A stretch of DNA of 64,000 nt from Azolla caroliniana (GCA_043228905.1 JBHGNT010000010.1:8494001-8558000), one strand, 5' to 3'. Shown: positions 1 to 14,340, numbered from the stretch's first letter. Made by a program: numbers and translations. The notes: generated from the sequence alone by a model not told the origin.

Positions 1-390
1 ACACCGGTTACCGCCGGTTGCTGGATGCCGATTTCCTTTCGGTCACCGGATCCCGGTTCCGTCGTCGGATGCCGGGCACCGGGTCCCGGTTCCGTTGCCA
101 GTCTGTTTTTGGTTGGGCGAAACTTTTGCAAGTAGCTAGGCCACACCGATTCATCCAATAGCTTAGTTCAAGTCACCTTGAACTCTCTATGCTCCACACA
201 TAGACACAAAGATAATAGCTTTTGCTCTACCTTATATATGGTGCGATCCTTATTTTCCTGTCTATGTGGGATATCTCATAGTTTTATTTTTCTCTTCTTC
301 CTTCTCATACTTCACTCCCACATAACTTGTCACTTAGATGCCTGTTTCTTATGTAGTAAAGTGCATCTCTTCAAGATCTTCGTCTTTTGT

Positions 391-912
391 ACTAAGATAT
401 TAAACTTACTTAGAATTAGTATATTCACTATTATTGTTTTATATGATTGACACTTGATTTTGTACGTCTTATGTAAATTTCACACCATTGCTGAAAATCT
501 TCACGACATCGTGAAGATTTCTCTCACGTTACTATGCGTTCATTCAATGAATGGGTCCTAGAAGAAAATAAAGCATTATCTGTAGTTGACATGAAAAAAG
601 AGTTTGATAGATTGTATGAACAATTAAAGCCAAAAGAAAGAAATTCTTTGTACTAAGATATTAAACTTACTTAGAATTAGTATATTCACTATTATTGTTT
701 TATATGATTGACACTTGATTTTGTACGTCTTATGTAAATTTCACACCATTGCTGAAAATCTTCACGACATCGTGAAGATTTCTCTCACGTTACTATGCGT
801 TCATTCAATGAATGGGTCCTAGAAGAAAATAAAGCATTATCTGTAGTTGACATGAAAAAAGAGTTTGATAGATTGTATGAACAATTAAATCCAAAAGAAA
901 GAAATTCTTTGT
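391..912. repeat. 261-bp direct tandem duplication (391-651 / 652-912)
   Basis: ACTAAGATATTAAACTTAC... starts at 391 and again at 652; TTTGT microhomology at the junctions. Confidence 0.9.
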
Positions 913-3400
913 CTTGGCAAAATATGGCTTCATTTTTGTAGGCAGTTGACAAGAGATATACAAAAGAATTGGAATTTATGCTTGAAGTACCAAATACCGA
1001 GGATGGTATAACTGCAGATTGGAATGAGGTAACAAATGCTTTTAATAAATTTATGAAAAGAATGCAAAGGAATGGTGCAATGCTACAAATACCACATGTG
1101 GGAATCACAAATCGGCTTGAGCAAAACATTGAAGTTCAAAGACTTGGTCGAAAAACATCACACGAAATGGTCCATCAACCACAAGAAATGATCAAAACTA
1201 AGAGTGAGTCTTTGCTTGATGATTTAGTTCAAAGTATGAAAGATTAAACAATTAAAGTGGCAAAGCTTGAGAATGGTTAGAGTTCAAGGTCAAGGGAACC
1301 ATTTAGACCTCGATGCATGTGGTGTGATAGTCTCAGACATTGATTCCGTGATTGTGCGGAATATAAAGACATCGAAAATCGAGACTTGGTCTATTGGAAA
1401 AATGGTAACATTTTGTTAACTGAAACTAGAAGTCCACTTACAAAGAACTTTGGTGATAGTGGTGTTAAGGTTAAGTTTGAAGAAGCTGAAGCAAAAAAGG
1501 CTTCTGCAATGTACTACTCGACAACGACAGGAATGTGTCTTGATGACAGGCCATGTCGATCATCACTCTAGGAGAAGGTTGTAAGTTCCACACAAAAGCA
1601 AAAGCTGAAGATGGAAGACCTTCGTGTTGCCAGAGATTTTGTAAGCAAAAATATTGGATGGGATGTTCCGGTAGATGCTATGACAATCTATGCTCAGATG
1701 GCAAAACACCGAGACCATGAAGTGATAATGGAAGAAAAAAGGAAAAGTCGGATGATGAGATTGGCCTTACAAAGAAGCATTAAACAAGAGAAAGCAAAAG
1801 AAAAAAGAGATGGATGCAAAAGTCGATAAAGGTAAATCTGGTCCTTCATTCAAATTAATGTTTGATATTGAAAAGGATACAGATTAAAGAAAATTTTAGA
1901 AACAAGAATACTAGACAGTCTAGTAGAATTTACACTAAGAGAAGTATTAGGTATTGCAAAAAAGGAATTTCATAATGAAATAATTGATATTTGTGCGAAG
2001 ACAGAAGCAAGTAAATGAGCAGGTTAAAGAGACAAATCCGAGGGTGGATATGAAGTGGTGAGCAACGAGTCGAACAATATCATTGTTGACTCTCAGCATG
2101 CATAACCTCAATGATAAGTTCAACATATACAAGAAGGCACTACTCTCACAAATGTTGTGCAAGAGCCACTACTGAGCATCATGTGAAGATTGGAAATGTT
2201 CCAGACCCGGTGATGGCACTTATTGATCATGGTTCTGAAATAATTATAATGAGTGCTGATTTTTACAAGAAAGGTAGATGGCCAATGTATACTCAGCATG
2301 GTTGGTGAGTAAAAGCAGCCACATCAGTCAGTGAAGATTTATTTGGTGTATGCCCAAATGTAAAGGTTATTATTGGTGATATAGAGGTAGATCAACATTT
2401 CTTTGTGCAAGAAGGATCTACCTATCCAATAATCTTGGGGCAACCATACATCGCAGAGGTTTGGATGGAGACCAAAGTCCTTGACAATGGATCAGCAGCC
2501 AAGATGGACGACGAACTGAACAGTTTATAACATTTCGCCCAAATCATGAGAGGAACAAGCAAGAGCTTCGTGATCATTCGATACCAAAAGACTTTGACGA
2601 TTTTAATAATTAGGTTTTTGACTAGGACTGTTGCAAATGAGGGTTACAATAGTCCCATTATTAAAAGACCTTGATGTGGGGCATTACAACATATGAATAA
2701 GTCATTTCATGTTTCTGAAAGTGGTGCTATATGTGTGACTAGGATGTAGGAATGCAAGAGGAACTTGAAAAAGAATGCTAATTTGTTTCAACAAGCATTG
2801 AAAGGTAATGGAGTACTTGAAATGGAAGAGCAGATTCAAAGTGTTATGGAAGAAATTTCTTTTGCAAATACTATAGAAGAGTTAGAAATGTATTTGAAAG
2901 AGGATGATGAGAGTGTTAAAAAGATACATGTAAACTCAATTGATATGTAATACGAGATTGATAGGTATAATTGTAAATATGAAGAAGTAGAAAGTTTATG
3001 TAATATAAAATACAAAACATTAGATAAAAAGGTTAAACCTGTTGCAGTACCATTACCTATTGGTAACGAAGAGAAGATGAAGGCAGCAACAACCAAGCCT
3101 ATGCTTTGACTAATACAAAAGATCGGACATCACTTCACTTCGGACACAATAAATAACTTGAGAATCGGAGGGGATGAATTTCTTCTGCAATCAGATATCG
3201 CGACTTTCAAAGAAATGATCTTTAGGCATGCGAAAACGTTTGCATTCAAATCTGAGGAGATTGGTTGTGTAGATCCAAACGTGGTGATGCCAATGGTAAT
3301 ATTATTATCCCTCATATTCCTTGGAATTTTAAACCTATTGTAGTATGGAGAGCTCGATTGCTTCAGTTGTTGGAGCTGCTAAAGGATTATGTCAAGATAA
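635..3400 (+). mobile_element. Degenerate AT-rich Ty3/Gypsy gag-protease-pol remnant (copy A)
   Basis: Broken ORFs with a CCHC-like knuckle (CMWCDSLRH..C, ~1315-1356), an aspartic protease motif ALIDHGSEI (~2215-2245), KYKTLDKKVKPVA and IPHIPWNFKP; many stops and frameshifts. Confidence 0.7.
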
Positions 3401-5649
3401 AGGACCGACGCAGACAGCTACATTCGGCGGATGCCGATATTACGTGCTCTTCATCGACGACTTTTCTGGGCACACTTGGATCTACCCGATGCGGAAAAAG
3501 AGCGAAGTGTTCGGACACTTCCAAAATTTTAAGAATGAAGTCGAGAAAGCCACGGGCCGACATGTACGATGCCTTCGATCGGATGGCGGCAAGGAGTACT
3601 TCTCGGACGATTTCACGGCGTATCTCCAAAAGGAAGGAACTCGGTGATAATTCACTTGCCGACACAGTCCGCAACAAAACGGAGTAGCCGAGCACAAAAA
3701 TCGGCACATCCTCGAAGTAGCGTGGGCCATGATGAACGAGAAGCATATGCCCAAGTCATATTGGGCCGAAGCTGCAAATACGGCCGTCTACCTAATGAAC
3801 TGGTGCACAACATCCGGCGTGCACGAGGTCACTCTGCACGAAAAATACTTCGGAAAGAAGTCGGACTTATTGCACACCTGGATATTCGGTGCAATAGCGT
3901 ACGTGCACATCCCCGACGAGAAGCGTCAAAAGCTTGACCCGAAGTCGGAGAAATGTATCCTCGTGGGATACTCACTGGAGCAAAAGGGGTACAAGTGCTA
4001 CAACCCCTTAACTCGAAAATCTCGAGTAAGTCGAGACGTCATCTTTGACGAGTCCGCATCCTAGTACGCACCAGAGACAACTTCGACTCCGATGGACCTG
4101 GAATCTGCTGAACAAGAGATAGAGGATGAAGATCGCCTTACGTGCATGATCGAAGAAAGTTCGATCATGACCTGACTGAGCAGACCACAAGAGCCTTTCA
4201 GCGATCAAAGCACATCAGGGCCTAGCCTGAAGATGGACAAAGGCAAGGCGAAAATGGCGGAATACGCAGACGATTGCTTTGACGACGGTGAGTAGACACA
4301 CTCACTCGACAGTGAGTTCGGCGGTTTTGAGTTACCAATCGGAGCTAAGAAAGCCCTCATCTCTCCAAATGAAAAGCTTTGCCGATCCACACGTGAAAAG
4401 AACCCCGTAAGCCGATTCGGCTACAACGATTATATGGCGTACCATTACGCCTTCATGATGAAGGTAGCGACAGTACGGGAGCCGGAAACCTTTTCCGAAG
4501 CCGCGAAGGACCCGCGATGGATCAAAGCAATGAACGAGGAGATGGAGGCACTTCGGAAGAACGAGACGTGGGATCTCGTTCCCACCTCACCACACAAAAA
4601 GGCGATTAGATGCAGATGGATTTACAAAGTGAAGTACAACACTGACGGTTTCGTCAACCGCTACAAAGCGCGACTCGTAGCGAAAGGCTACACACAAACG
4701 CACGGAGTTGACTATGAAAAGACCTTTGCCCTGGTGGCAAAGATGACGACGGTGCAGACCGTAATTGCACTTGCCGCGGCGAAAGGGTGGCACCTCCATC
4801 AAATGGACGTCAAGAACGCCTTTCTACAAGGTGAATTAGAAGAGGAGGTGTACATGATATAACCACCCGACTTCAACTCGAGCACCCATCCGAAAGCTGT
4901 ATGCCGACTCAAGAAGCCACTCTATGGCCTCAAGGAAGCACCACGTGCTTGGCATTTAAAGATAACACAATATCTTCATCAAATCGGCTTCCGTATGTCA
5001 AAATCGGACAACTCCCTTTACATCCAAACCGATTCCGCAAGTCCGATCGTCATCATCTTATATGTGGATGACCTAGTCATTGGAGGTGAGCATGTCGTCG
5101 AAATCAATAAGGTCAAATCCCTCCTTTCCGACAAGTTCGAGATGACGGACATGAAGGAGCTTTCCTCGGCATCGAGGTAATTCGGACTCCGGCCGGAATC
5201 CTAATCTCTCAACGACACTACATCCTCAACTTGTTATACAAGTTTGGTATGGCTGAGTGCAAATCCGCGGCAACCCCGCTCGATCGCAATCTCCAACTAG
5301 ATGCGAACTCCGGCACCAAAGCATGTGAGCTGACTTAGTATCGGCAACTCATTGGGAGTCTCATGTAACTCACAATCACTCGACCCGATCTCAGTTATCC
5401 GGTTGGTCTCCTTAGACAATTCATGCAAACACCGCGTGATGTTCACTTGGATTGCGCTAAGCGAGTTCTACGATACGTGAGCGGCACAATGGAGTACAAC
5501 ATCCTCTACAAGACCGTGATGCCAAGACAACTCGAGGGGTACACAAACGCCGATTGGGCCGAATACAAAGACGATAGAAGGTCAACCTCCGTATTTGTTT
5601 GCTCCCTCGGCAACGGAGCAATATCCTGGAGTAGCAAAAAGCAGCCGAC

Positions 5650-6313
5650 TGTTGGGATTACGGTCCCTCCGGATGGGATGGTCAGATGTCCGCGAAATCG
5701 GGAATGAAGACCCGAACGAGGAGTACCCGGTTCCGGAGCCGGATGATGAAGACCCGGTTCCGGATCCGGATGATGAAAACCCGGCTACGGAGCCGGATGA
5801 TGAAGACCCCGGCTACGGAGCCGGATGATGAATGTACCCGGAGCGAGATCCGGATGCGAGGACATATTTGTGAATATGTTTGCCAAGGGCCCTTGAGGCT
5901 ATATTTGTAAATAGCCCGAAAGTCATATGTGTATAAATATGACTTAGGGTAAACAGTTTTGTTGTTGTTGCTCATTTTTCTGTTTTCCACTTAGAGGGAG
6001 CGAAGTGAGAGCAGCCGAGAGAGAGAGAGCGAGAGAGAGAGAAAGGAAGAGGTCGACGCCTCTGTGTAATACTGCCGCCTGTGGCGAGGACAGCGAGCTC
6101 AAGGTCGTTGCCTTGCAGTTCGCCATTGTACATTCCCTGCGTATAGTGATAGTTGGAGTCTTGCACTCCCGTGGTTTTTCCCGTCTAGGGTTTTCCACGC
6201 TAAACCCTGTGCATTCGAGTCTCTCTCTGTGTTTTCGATTTACTGCTGCATTGATTCGTGTTTCCTCGGTTGTGGCCGAGAGGGGAAGGTTTGGAAAGCG
6301 TCAATTTCTAACA
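5650..6313 (+). mobile_element. Solo LTR of the Copia element that is full-length at 20733-26122
   Basis: TG...CA termini; CCGAC target-site duplication (5645-5649 / 6314-6318); interrupts the host RNaseH at KKQPT|IAFSSTEAEY. Confidence 0.95.
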
Positions 6314-6948
6314 CCGACCATCGCTTTTTCGAGTACGGAGGCGGAATACAAGGGTGCAACCATAGCTGCATGTGAAGCCGTATGGCTCAAGACGATTTTG
6401 AAAGATCTGGGCGTACCCATCAAGGATCCGACCTCCCTTTACTGCGACAACATGAGCAGTATCTATCTGGGTCGGAACCCGGTGTTCCACACACGGACAA
6501 AGCACATCGAAGTGCACTATCACTTCATACGAGAGCGCGTTCTAGCTGGCGATGTCGACCTACAACACATTAGCCCAAATCTTCAAGCGACCGACATCTT
6601 CACTAAAGCCTTAGGAGCCGACAAGCTGTGGCAATTCATGACCGATCTCGGATTGACGATCCCTGACTTGCCAAGCTTGAGGGGGAGTACTGAAGATATT
6701 ATGAAATATCGCGTGGATTACGCAACCACGCAACGAACCCGCGAAGAGTCGATCTACCGCGCAACGCCGCGAAGAAAGACGCAAGTCAAAGCACAACCTT
6801 CACAACTATGCACAACGCAAGCTAGAGCACGGATTCCGCAACTCCGCATAAATGCGAGTCGACGCGAGTCGACGCAGACTCCAGAATGCGAGTCGAAGCG
6901 GATTTCGGATACCGTCTAAAACCGACCAGACTTGAGCTTGAGGGGGCG

Positions 6949-7524
6949 TGTTGAGAATCAAGCTCAACTTGGTCTAGTGTGTGAACTCACCTTGAGAGTG
7001 AATAGACACTCCAACGGTCAAGAGTCACCATTAAGTCACCACTTTGTATTCTAGCATTTAGTATGAGTCATAGAATCATATTGTTGAGATATCAAGCTCA
7101 ACTAGTTTAATCTAGTTAGTCAACACATGTAACTTAGTAGTTACCTAGATCGAATCTAGTTAATATGTTGACCTTAAGCCTTTAAATAGGACCTTGTACT
7201 TCAGTGGGATATTCTAGATCCTCCACTCCTTAGTACATTTAATGTAGGACTTACACATAAGTACCTATGTTCTACCCACACATGTGCACCTTTGCACATG
7301 GGTTGTATATATACCTCATTGTGGGTATTTTTGAATGTTGATGACACTTTTCAATATAGTCAATCATCCCCCATTTATCTTCATGTTCATAAGTGTAACT
7401 TCCTCTCTCTCTCTCTCTTCCTCTCACACACTCTCACGTGCATATCATACTAATCTTCCGCTGCTTAACGTAACCATATAATTAGTCTCTAATTAACCCT
7501 AGTTAATTACCTAATTACGTAACA
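6949..7524 (+). mobile_element. 3' LTR of host Copia (copy A)
   Basis: Follows the PPT; TGTTGA...TAACA ends; right boundary inferred. Confidence 0.7.
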
Positions 7525-7770
7525 CATATTCTATGACACATAACTTATGAGCTTTCACATTCCCCATGCTCCATGAGTCTTGTAGTTAATGAAGAGAGAG
7601 GGTGACTATATAAAGCACCCTCCTCCCACCTTGTATGAGGTTGAGTCTTCTCCTTTGTTAATATACTTTTACCTTGCGTATTCTCTGTGTCTGATTCCTT
7701 GTCTCTCTCTCTCATACACACACATAACTCATATCTCTTCCACTTCACAAGAATCATATCCAATTCTTTA

Positions 7771-8180
7771 CAATCCCAAAGGTAACTATGCCATTTTTAG
7801 ACGATATTCCTATTAAGGGATGCTTAGAAAGATGAGACTATGGTTGGAAATGGTTGTAGAAAGTTTGTGATTTATCACATTAATGATTGTGAAAGTATTT
7901 TAAATAAGCTTGAGCAGGTACATTTGACACTATCAGGAACAAAGTCAAGCTTTATGAAGAACGAAGTTCTGATAGTTGGTCATATGTGTGGCTGGTATGG
8001 CAGGAAGCCTTCACCGATCAAAATTAACGCAATACAAAATATGAAGGAGGTTTGTGAATCGGTAACAAAGGTGAGAAGATTTTTAGGTGCATGTGTGTTT
8101 GATCATATTTGGTTACCACACTTTGCATATGTATCAGATCCTCTCTACCAACTTTTAAGAAAAGGGAAGAAGTTCATACG
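7771..8180 (+). pseudogene. Gypsy reverse transcriptase fragment (likely continuation of the 635-3400 element)
   Basis: IPKVTMPFLDDIPIKG (RT YxDD-type motif) followed by VRRFLG..HFAYVSDPLYQLLRKG. Confidence 0.75.
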
Positions 8181-9066
8181 ATGTACAGAGCGTTGATATA
8201 ATTTTTGAATAGAGATTCTTGTTCTCTCTCTCTATCTCTCCCACGTATTGTTAAGCTCTCCATTAAACCTGTTCTCTGTTTTCTATTTTTTTATTGCTTC
8301 CGCACGCTATTTGTTTTTACATGGTATCAGAGCGCAAGGGTTGAGAACCTTTGCAGCCAACATTCGCTTTTGCAAGAAGAAAACCTAACCTTTGTAAAGA
8401 ACAGAAGAAAAAAAAAACAATGGATAGAGGAATGGCTAGCTCGCTTCCAGTGGAGAAGCTCGACAGATCCAACTACGCATCTTGGTCATACAAGATGCAC
8501 CAGTACCTGCTTGGGCATGGTTAATGGAGCTATGTCGATGGAGTTAACGACACAGCACCTGATGCGGCACACAAGGACTTCCCGGTGTGGGAACAATCGC
8601 CAAGTAGAGTGATGTACTGCTTTGCATCCAGTGTGGGAGACCACCTGCTGAGCCACGTCCGAGATGCCAGGACGCCGAAAGAGGCTTGGGGAATACTGAA
8701 GAAGGTGTTCGCCGCAACCACCCCAGCTGGAAGCTGCAACGCCGACAAGAGTTGAGCAATGTCCGACAGAAGGACATGTCGGTGGCTGATTACACGACCC
8801 GAATCAAAGAGATCTGTGACTCGCTTGCCTCTATCAACGTCACTGTAGAGGGAGACGAGATGGTACAGGTCTGTCTTGGTTCCAAGCTTTCCAGACAGCA
8901 ATATGTACAAGGGACAATACGCCGTCATTTTTTGACTTACAGTCAATGCTCCTTGTAGAGGAGAACCACGCCGGTGCATCAACAACTACACCCACCGACA
9001 GTCGGATGTTGTACACGGAGGCGGATCGGCCCCGTGGGCGTGGTGGACGAGGCGGGTCGGCAAGGG
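8181..9066 (+). mobile_element. 5' end of a third Copia element: LTR 3' part, PBS and truncated gag (copy A)
   Basis: ...TTACA at 8321, PBS TGGTATCAGAGC 8322-8333 (initiator-Met tRNA), gag MDRGMASSLPVEKLDRSNYASW from 8420; cut off at the satellite junction. Confidence 0.85.
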
Positions 9067-9523
9067 TCGATAAACCTTCATGTTTAAGGGGTAGTGGATG
9101 AGACTAGATATCTAAACGTAAGTTGATCTCTAATTGCATCTTGATCGCAATGTTTAAGGGGGTATTGATGAGACTAGATATTAAGCGTTAATTAAATTAA
9201 TCAACTACACAACAAAAACTAAACGTAATCCTAATCTGTACTTGATAGCGAAACAATAATGCACACTGATTCGAGGTTATTGTTTATTAACTCAAAATAG
9301 GTGGAAATATACACACTCACAAGTTGCAGGAATAACTCAGTTTATAGAGTGTCAGATTGAATATCTGAATATCATACTTAGATACACCTTCATGTTTAAG
9401 GGGAAGTGGAGGAGACTAGATATCTAAACATAATGTTGACCTTTAGTTGATCCCTCAATTTTTATCCAAAGTTATTCGAGAATTTTGTTTATGAACCATA
9501 TAGACAATATTGGATAGGAAATT

Positions 9524-9528
9524 GTGGG

Positions 9529-9560
<32 letters not shown>

Positions 9561-9588
9561 GTCACGTGTTCGATCCACGTTCACCGCA
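9524..9588 (+). pseudogene. tRNA-Phe pseudogene (8-nt deletion in anticodon arm)
   Basis: CAGACTGAAG|GTCAC lacks ATCTGAAG. Confidence 0.85.
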
Positions 9589-10086
9589 AAACGTACCAAA
9601 CACTTCAGGGAGACATATTTGAATGCACATATAAACATCATATTAATGTCATCAAGTCTTGTCCTTTGGGTGACAATATGGTCATGAATAATGCTAATTC
9701 AATCTTGAGCGCAATGTTTAAGGGGAACTCGATGACACTAGATATTCTACATTAATTGAATTAATCAACTACACACACAGGACTAAACATAATCCTACTC
9801 TCTACTTGATCGCGAAAAATTGATGTACACTCATTCAAGATTTTTGATTATGGACTCAAACTAGATGGAAATATACACACTTGCAAGTTGCAAGGATAGA
9901 TTAGTTCAGAGAGCATCATATTGAATATCTGAATATCATTGTTCGATACACCTTCATGTTTAAGGGGTAGTCGATGAGACAAGATATCTAAATGTAATGT
10001 TGATCTCTAGTTGATCGCTCAACTTTAATTCACAGTTATTCGAGAATATTGTTTATGAACCATATAGACAGTATTTGATGGGATGT

Positions 10087-10159
10087 TGGGGGATAGCTCA
10101 GTTGGGAGAGCGTCAGACGAAAGATCTGAAGGTCACGTGATCGATCCACATTCACCACA
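10087..10159 (+). pseudogene. tRNA-Phe pseudogene
   Basis: Altered acceptor stem, anticodon loop (ACGAAAGA) and B box. Confidence 0.8.
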
Positions 10160-10645
10160 AAAGGCAACGAACACATTCAAAAGACACATTTGAATGCATT
10201 ATTTGACATGAAATCTACGACTAAAATGAATATATAAAAATACTGAAATGAACATATAAACATCCTGTTACTGTCGACATGCGCAATGTTTAAGGGCGAG
10301 ACGACGAGACTATATAATCAACATTCATTAAATTAATTAACTTAACATAATCCTAATCTCTACCAGATCGCGAAACTTTAATGTACATTCATTTGAGATT
10401 TTTCTTTATTAACCCAAAATAGGTGGAAATATACACACTCGCAAGTTGCAGGAATAGATTAGTTTAGAGAGCGTAAGATTGAATATCCGAATATCATTGT
10501 TCAATACACCTTCATGTTTACGGGTTAGTGGAGGAGACAAGATATCTAAACGTAATGTTGATATCTAATTGATCTTTCAACTTTAATACACTGTTATTCG
10601 GTAGTTTCGTTTGTGAACCATAGAGACAATATTTGATGGGATGTT

Positions 10646-10718
10646 GCGGGGATAGCTCAGTTGGGAGAGCATTAGACTGAAGATCTGAAGGTCACGAGTT
10701 CGATCCACGTTCACCGCA
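10646..10718 (+). tRNA. tRNA-Phe(GAA), variant with stem mismatches
   Basis: 73-nt match to consensus with 3 substitutions. Confidence 0.7.
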
Positions 10719-11251
10719 AAAGGCAACAAACACTTTCGAGAGACACATTTGCATGCATTACTTTACAAGAAATCTACGAATAAACTTTAACATATAAACA
10801 TCCTGTTAATGGCGACAAGTCTTGTTCTGTTCAGTTACAATATGGTCATGTTTCATGCAAATTACATCTGGATCGCTATGTTTAAAGGGGAATCGATGAG
10901 ACTAGATATTAAACGTTAATTGAATTAATCAACTACACAACTACAACCAAATGTAATGCTAATCTCTACTTGATAACGAAACATTAATGCACACTCAAAC
11001 AAGATTTTGGTTTACTAAGTAAAGATACGTGGAAATATACACACTCGCAAGTTGCAGGGATAGATATGTTCGGAGAGCGTCAGATTGAATATCGGAATAT
11101 CATTGTTGGATACACCTTTATGTTTAAGGGGTAGTGGATGAGACTAGATATCTAAACGTAAAGTTGATCTCTAATTGATCGTTCAACTTTAATCCACTGT
11201 AATTCGGGAATTTTGTTTGTGAAGCATAGAGACAATATTTGATGGGATGTT

Positions 11252-11324
11252 GCGGGGATAGCTCAGTTGGGAGGGCGTCAGACTGAAGATCTGAAGGCCA
11301 CGTGTTCGATCCACGTTCACCGCA
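11252..11324 (+). tRNA. tRNA-Phe(GAA), near-intact
   Basis: 2 substitutions (GAGGGCG, AGGCCAC). Confidence 0.75.
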
Positions 11325-11855
11325 AAAGGCAACAAACACTTTCGAGAGACACATTTGCAAGTATTATTATATGAGAAATCTACGAATAAACTTAACATAT
11401 AAACATCCTGTTAATGGCGACAAGTCTTGTTCTGTTCGGTTACAATGTGGTCATGTTTCATGCTAATTACATCTGGATCGCAATGTTTAAAGGGGAATCG
11501 ATCAGACTAGATATTATACGTTAATTAAATTAATCAACAACACAACTACAACCAAAACTATTCATAATCTCTACTTGATAGCGAAATATTAATGCACACT
11601 CAAACAAGATTTCCGTTTTTTAAGTAAATATAGGTGGAAATATACAGACTCGCAAATTGCAGTGATAAATATGTTCGGAGACCGTGAGATTCAATAAATG
11701 AATATCATTGTTCGATACACCTTTATGTTTAAAGGGTAGTGGATGAGACTAGATATCTAAACGTAAAGTTGATCTCTAATTGATCGTTCAACTTTAATCC
11801 ACTGTTATTCGGAAATTTTGTTTGTGAAGCATAGAGCAATATTTGATGGGATGTT

Positions 11856-11928
11856 GCGGGGATAGCTCAGTTGGGAGAGCGTCAAACTGAAGATCTGAAA
11901 GTCACGTGTTCGATCCACGTTCATCGCA
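11856..11928 (+). tRNA. tRNA-Phe(GAA), variant
   Basis: 3 substitutions. Confidence 0.65.
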
Positions 11929-12478
11929 AAAGGCAACAAACACTTTTGAGAGACACATTTGCATGCATTATTTTACAAGAAATCTACGAATAAACTTAAC
12001 ATATAAACATCCTGTTAATGGTGACAAGTGTTGTTCTGTTCGGTTACAATATGGTCATGTTTCATGCTAATTACATCTGGATCGCAATGTTTAATAGGCA
12101 ATCGATGAGATTAGATATTAAACGTTAATTGAATTAATCAATTGCACAACTACAACCAACGTAATACTAATCTCCACTTGGTAGCGCGACATTAATGTAC
12201 ACTAAAACAAGATTTTGATTTATTAAGTAAGGATAAGGGGAAATATACACACTCGCAAGTTGCAGGGATACATATGTTCGGAGAGCGTCAGATTTAGTAT
12301 ATGAATATCATTGTTTGATACACCCTTATGTTTGAGGGGTAGTGGATGAGACTAGATATCTAAACGTAAAGTAGATATCTAAATGTAAAGTTGATCTCTA
12401 ATTGATCGTTCAACTTTAATCCACTGTTATTCGGGAATTTTGTTTGTGAACCATAGAGACAATATTTGATGGGATGTT

Positions 12479-12483
12479 GCGGG

Positions 12484-12519
<36 letters not shown>

Positions 12520-12551
12520 AAAGGTCACGTGTTCGATCCACGTTCACCGCA
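12479..12551 (+). tRNA. tRNA-Phe(GAA), variant
   Basis: 1 substitution in anticodon stem (TCTAA). Confidence 0.75.
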
Positions 12552-13082
12552 AAAGACAACAAACACTTTCGAGAGACACATTTCCATGCATTCTTTTACA
12601 AGAAATCTACGAATAAACTTAACATATAAAGATCATGTTAATGGCGACAAGCCCTGTTCTATTCGGTTACAATATGGTCATGTTTCATGCTAATTACATC
12701 TTGATCGCAATGTTTAAAGGGCAATCGATGAGACTAGATATTAAATGTTAATTGAATTAATCAATTGCACAACTACAACCAAACGTAATACTAATCTCTA
12801 CTTGATAGTGAAACATTAATGTACACTAAAACAAGATTTTGATTTATTAGGTAAAGATAAGGGGAAATATACACACCTGCAAGTTGCAGGGATAGATATT
12901 TCGGAAAGCGTCGGATTGAATATCGGAATATCATTGTTGGATACACCTTTAAGTTTAAAGGGTAGTGGATGAGACTAGATATCTAAACGTAAAGTTGATC
13001 TCTAATTGATCGTTCAACTTTAATCCACTGTTATTCGGGAATTTTGTTTATGAAGCATAGAGACAATATTTGATGGGATGTT

Positions 13083-13155
13083 GCGGGGATAGCTCAGTTT
13101 GGAAAGCGTCAGACTGAAGATCTTAAGGTCACGTGTTTCATCCACGTTCACCGCA
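13083..13155 (+). pseudogene. tRNA-Phe, degenerate (B box TTTCATC)
   Basis: Several substitutions, including the D and T loops. Confidence 0.7.
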
Positions 13156-13687
13156 AAAGGCAACAAACACATTCGAGAGACACATTTGCATGCATTATTT
13201 TACGAGAAATCTACGAATAATCTTAACATATAAACATCATGTTAATGGCGACAAGTCTTGTTCTCGTCGGTTACAATCTGGTCATGTTTCATGCTAATTA
13301 CATCTATATCGCAATGTTTAAAGGGCAATCGATTAGACTAGATATTATTTGTTAATTGAATTAATCAACTGCACAACTACAACCAAACCTATTCATAATC
13401 TCTACTTGATAGGGAAATATTAATGCACACTCAAACAATATTTTTGTTTTTTAAGTAAATATAGGTGGAAATATAAAGACTCGCAAGTTGCAGTAATAGA
13501 TATGCTCGGAGACCGTGAGATTGAATATATGAATATCATTGTTGGATACACCTTTATACTTAAGGGGTAGTGGATGAGACTAGATATCTAAACGTAAAGT
13601 TGATCTCTAATTGATCGTTCAACTTTAATCCACTGTAATTCGGGAATTTTGTTTGTGAACCATAGAGACAATATTTGATGGGATTGT

Positions 13688-13760
13688 GCGGGGATAGCTC
13701 AGTTGGGAGGGCGTCAGACTGAAGATCTGAAGGCCACGTGTTCGATCCACGTTCACCGCA
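13688..13760 (+). tRNA. tRNA-Phe(GAA), near-intact
   Basis: Same 2 variants as the copy at 11252. Confidence 0.75.
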
Positions 13761-14292
13761 AAAGGCAACAAACACTTTCGAGAGACACATTTGCAAGTAT
13801 TATTCTATGAGAAATCTACGAATAAACTTAACATATAAACATCCTCTTAATGGCGACAAGTCTTGTTCTGTTCGGTTACAATGTGGTCATGTTTCATGCT
13901 AATTACATCTGGATCGCAATGTTTAAAGGGGAATCGATTAGACTAGATATTATACGTTAATTGAATTAATCAACTACACAACTACAACCAAACATAATCC
14001 TAATCTCTACTTAATAGCGAAATATTAATGCACACTCAAACAAGATTTTGGTTTTTTAAGTAAATATAGGTGGAAATATACAGACTCGCAAATTGCAGTG
14101 ATAGATATGTTCGGAGAGCGTCGTATTGAATATCAGAATATCATTGTTGGATACACCTTTATGTTTAAGGGGTAGTGGATGAGACTAGATATCTGAACGT
14201 AAAGTTGATCTCTAATTGATCATTCAAATTTAATCCACTGTTATTCGGGAATTTTGTTTGTGAACCATAGAGACAATATTTGATGGGATGTT

Positions 14293-14300
14293 GCGGGGAG

Positions 14301-14340
<40 letters not shown>

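Larger units (their letters stand above)
3401..7524 (+). mobile_element. 5'-truncated, decayed Ty1/Copia element (integrase-RT-RNaseH + 3' LTR), copy A
   Basis: Integrase (YYVLFIDDFS, LRSDGGKEY, KLDPKSEKCILVGYS), RT ([25 protein letters not shown]), RNaseH (SSTEAEY..YCDN..RTKHIEVHYH); PPT GAGGGGGCG then LTR TGTTGA at 6949. Confidence 0.92.

Noticed and set aside
1-160. GC-rich CCGG repeats as the start of a minus-strand LTR
   Set aside because: Plausible but truncated by the window edge; no TSD or partner to confirm
6005-6919. 304-aa ORF as a host gene
   Set aside because: Chance fusion of solo-LTR sequence with the Copia RNaseH frame
11124-11398. Short ORFs recurring in the satellite (e.g. 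MQMCLSKVF...)
   Set aside because: Antisense readings of tRNA and spacer sequence; not conserved as ORFs among units
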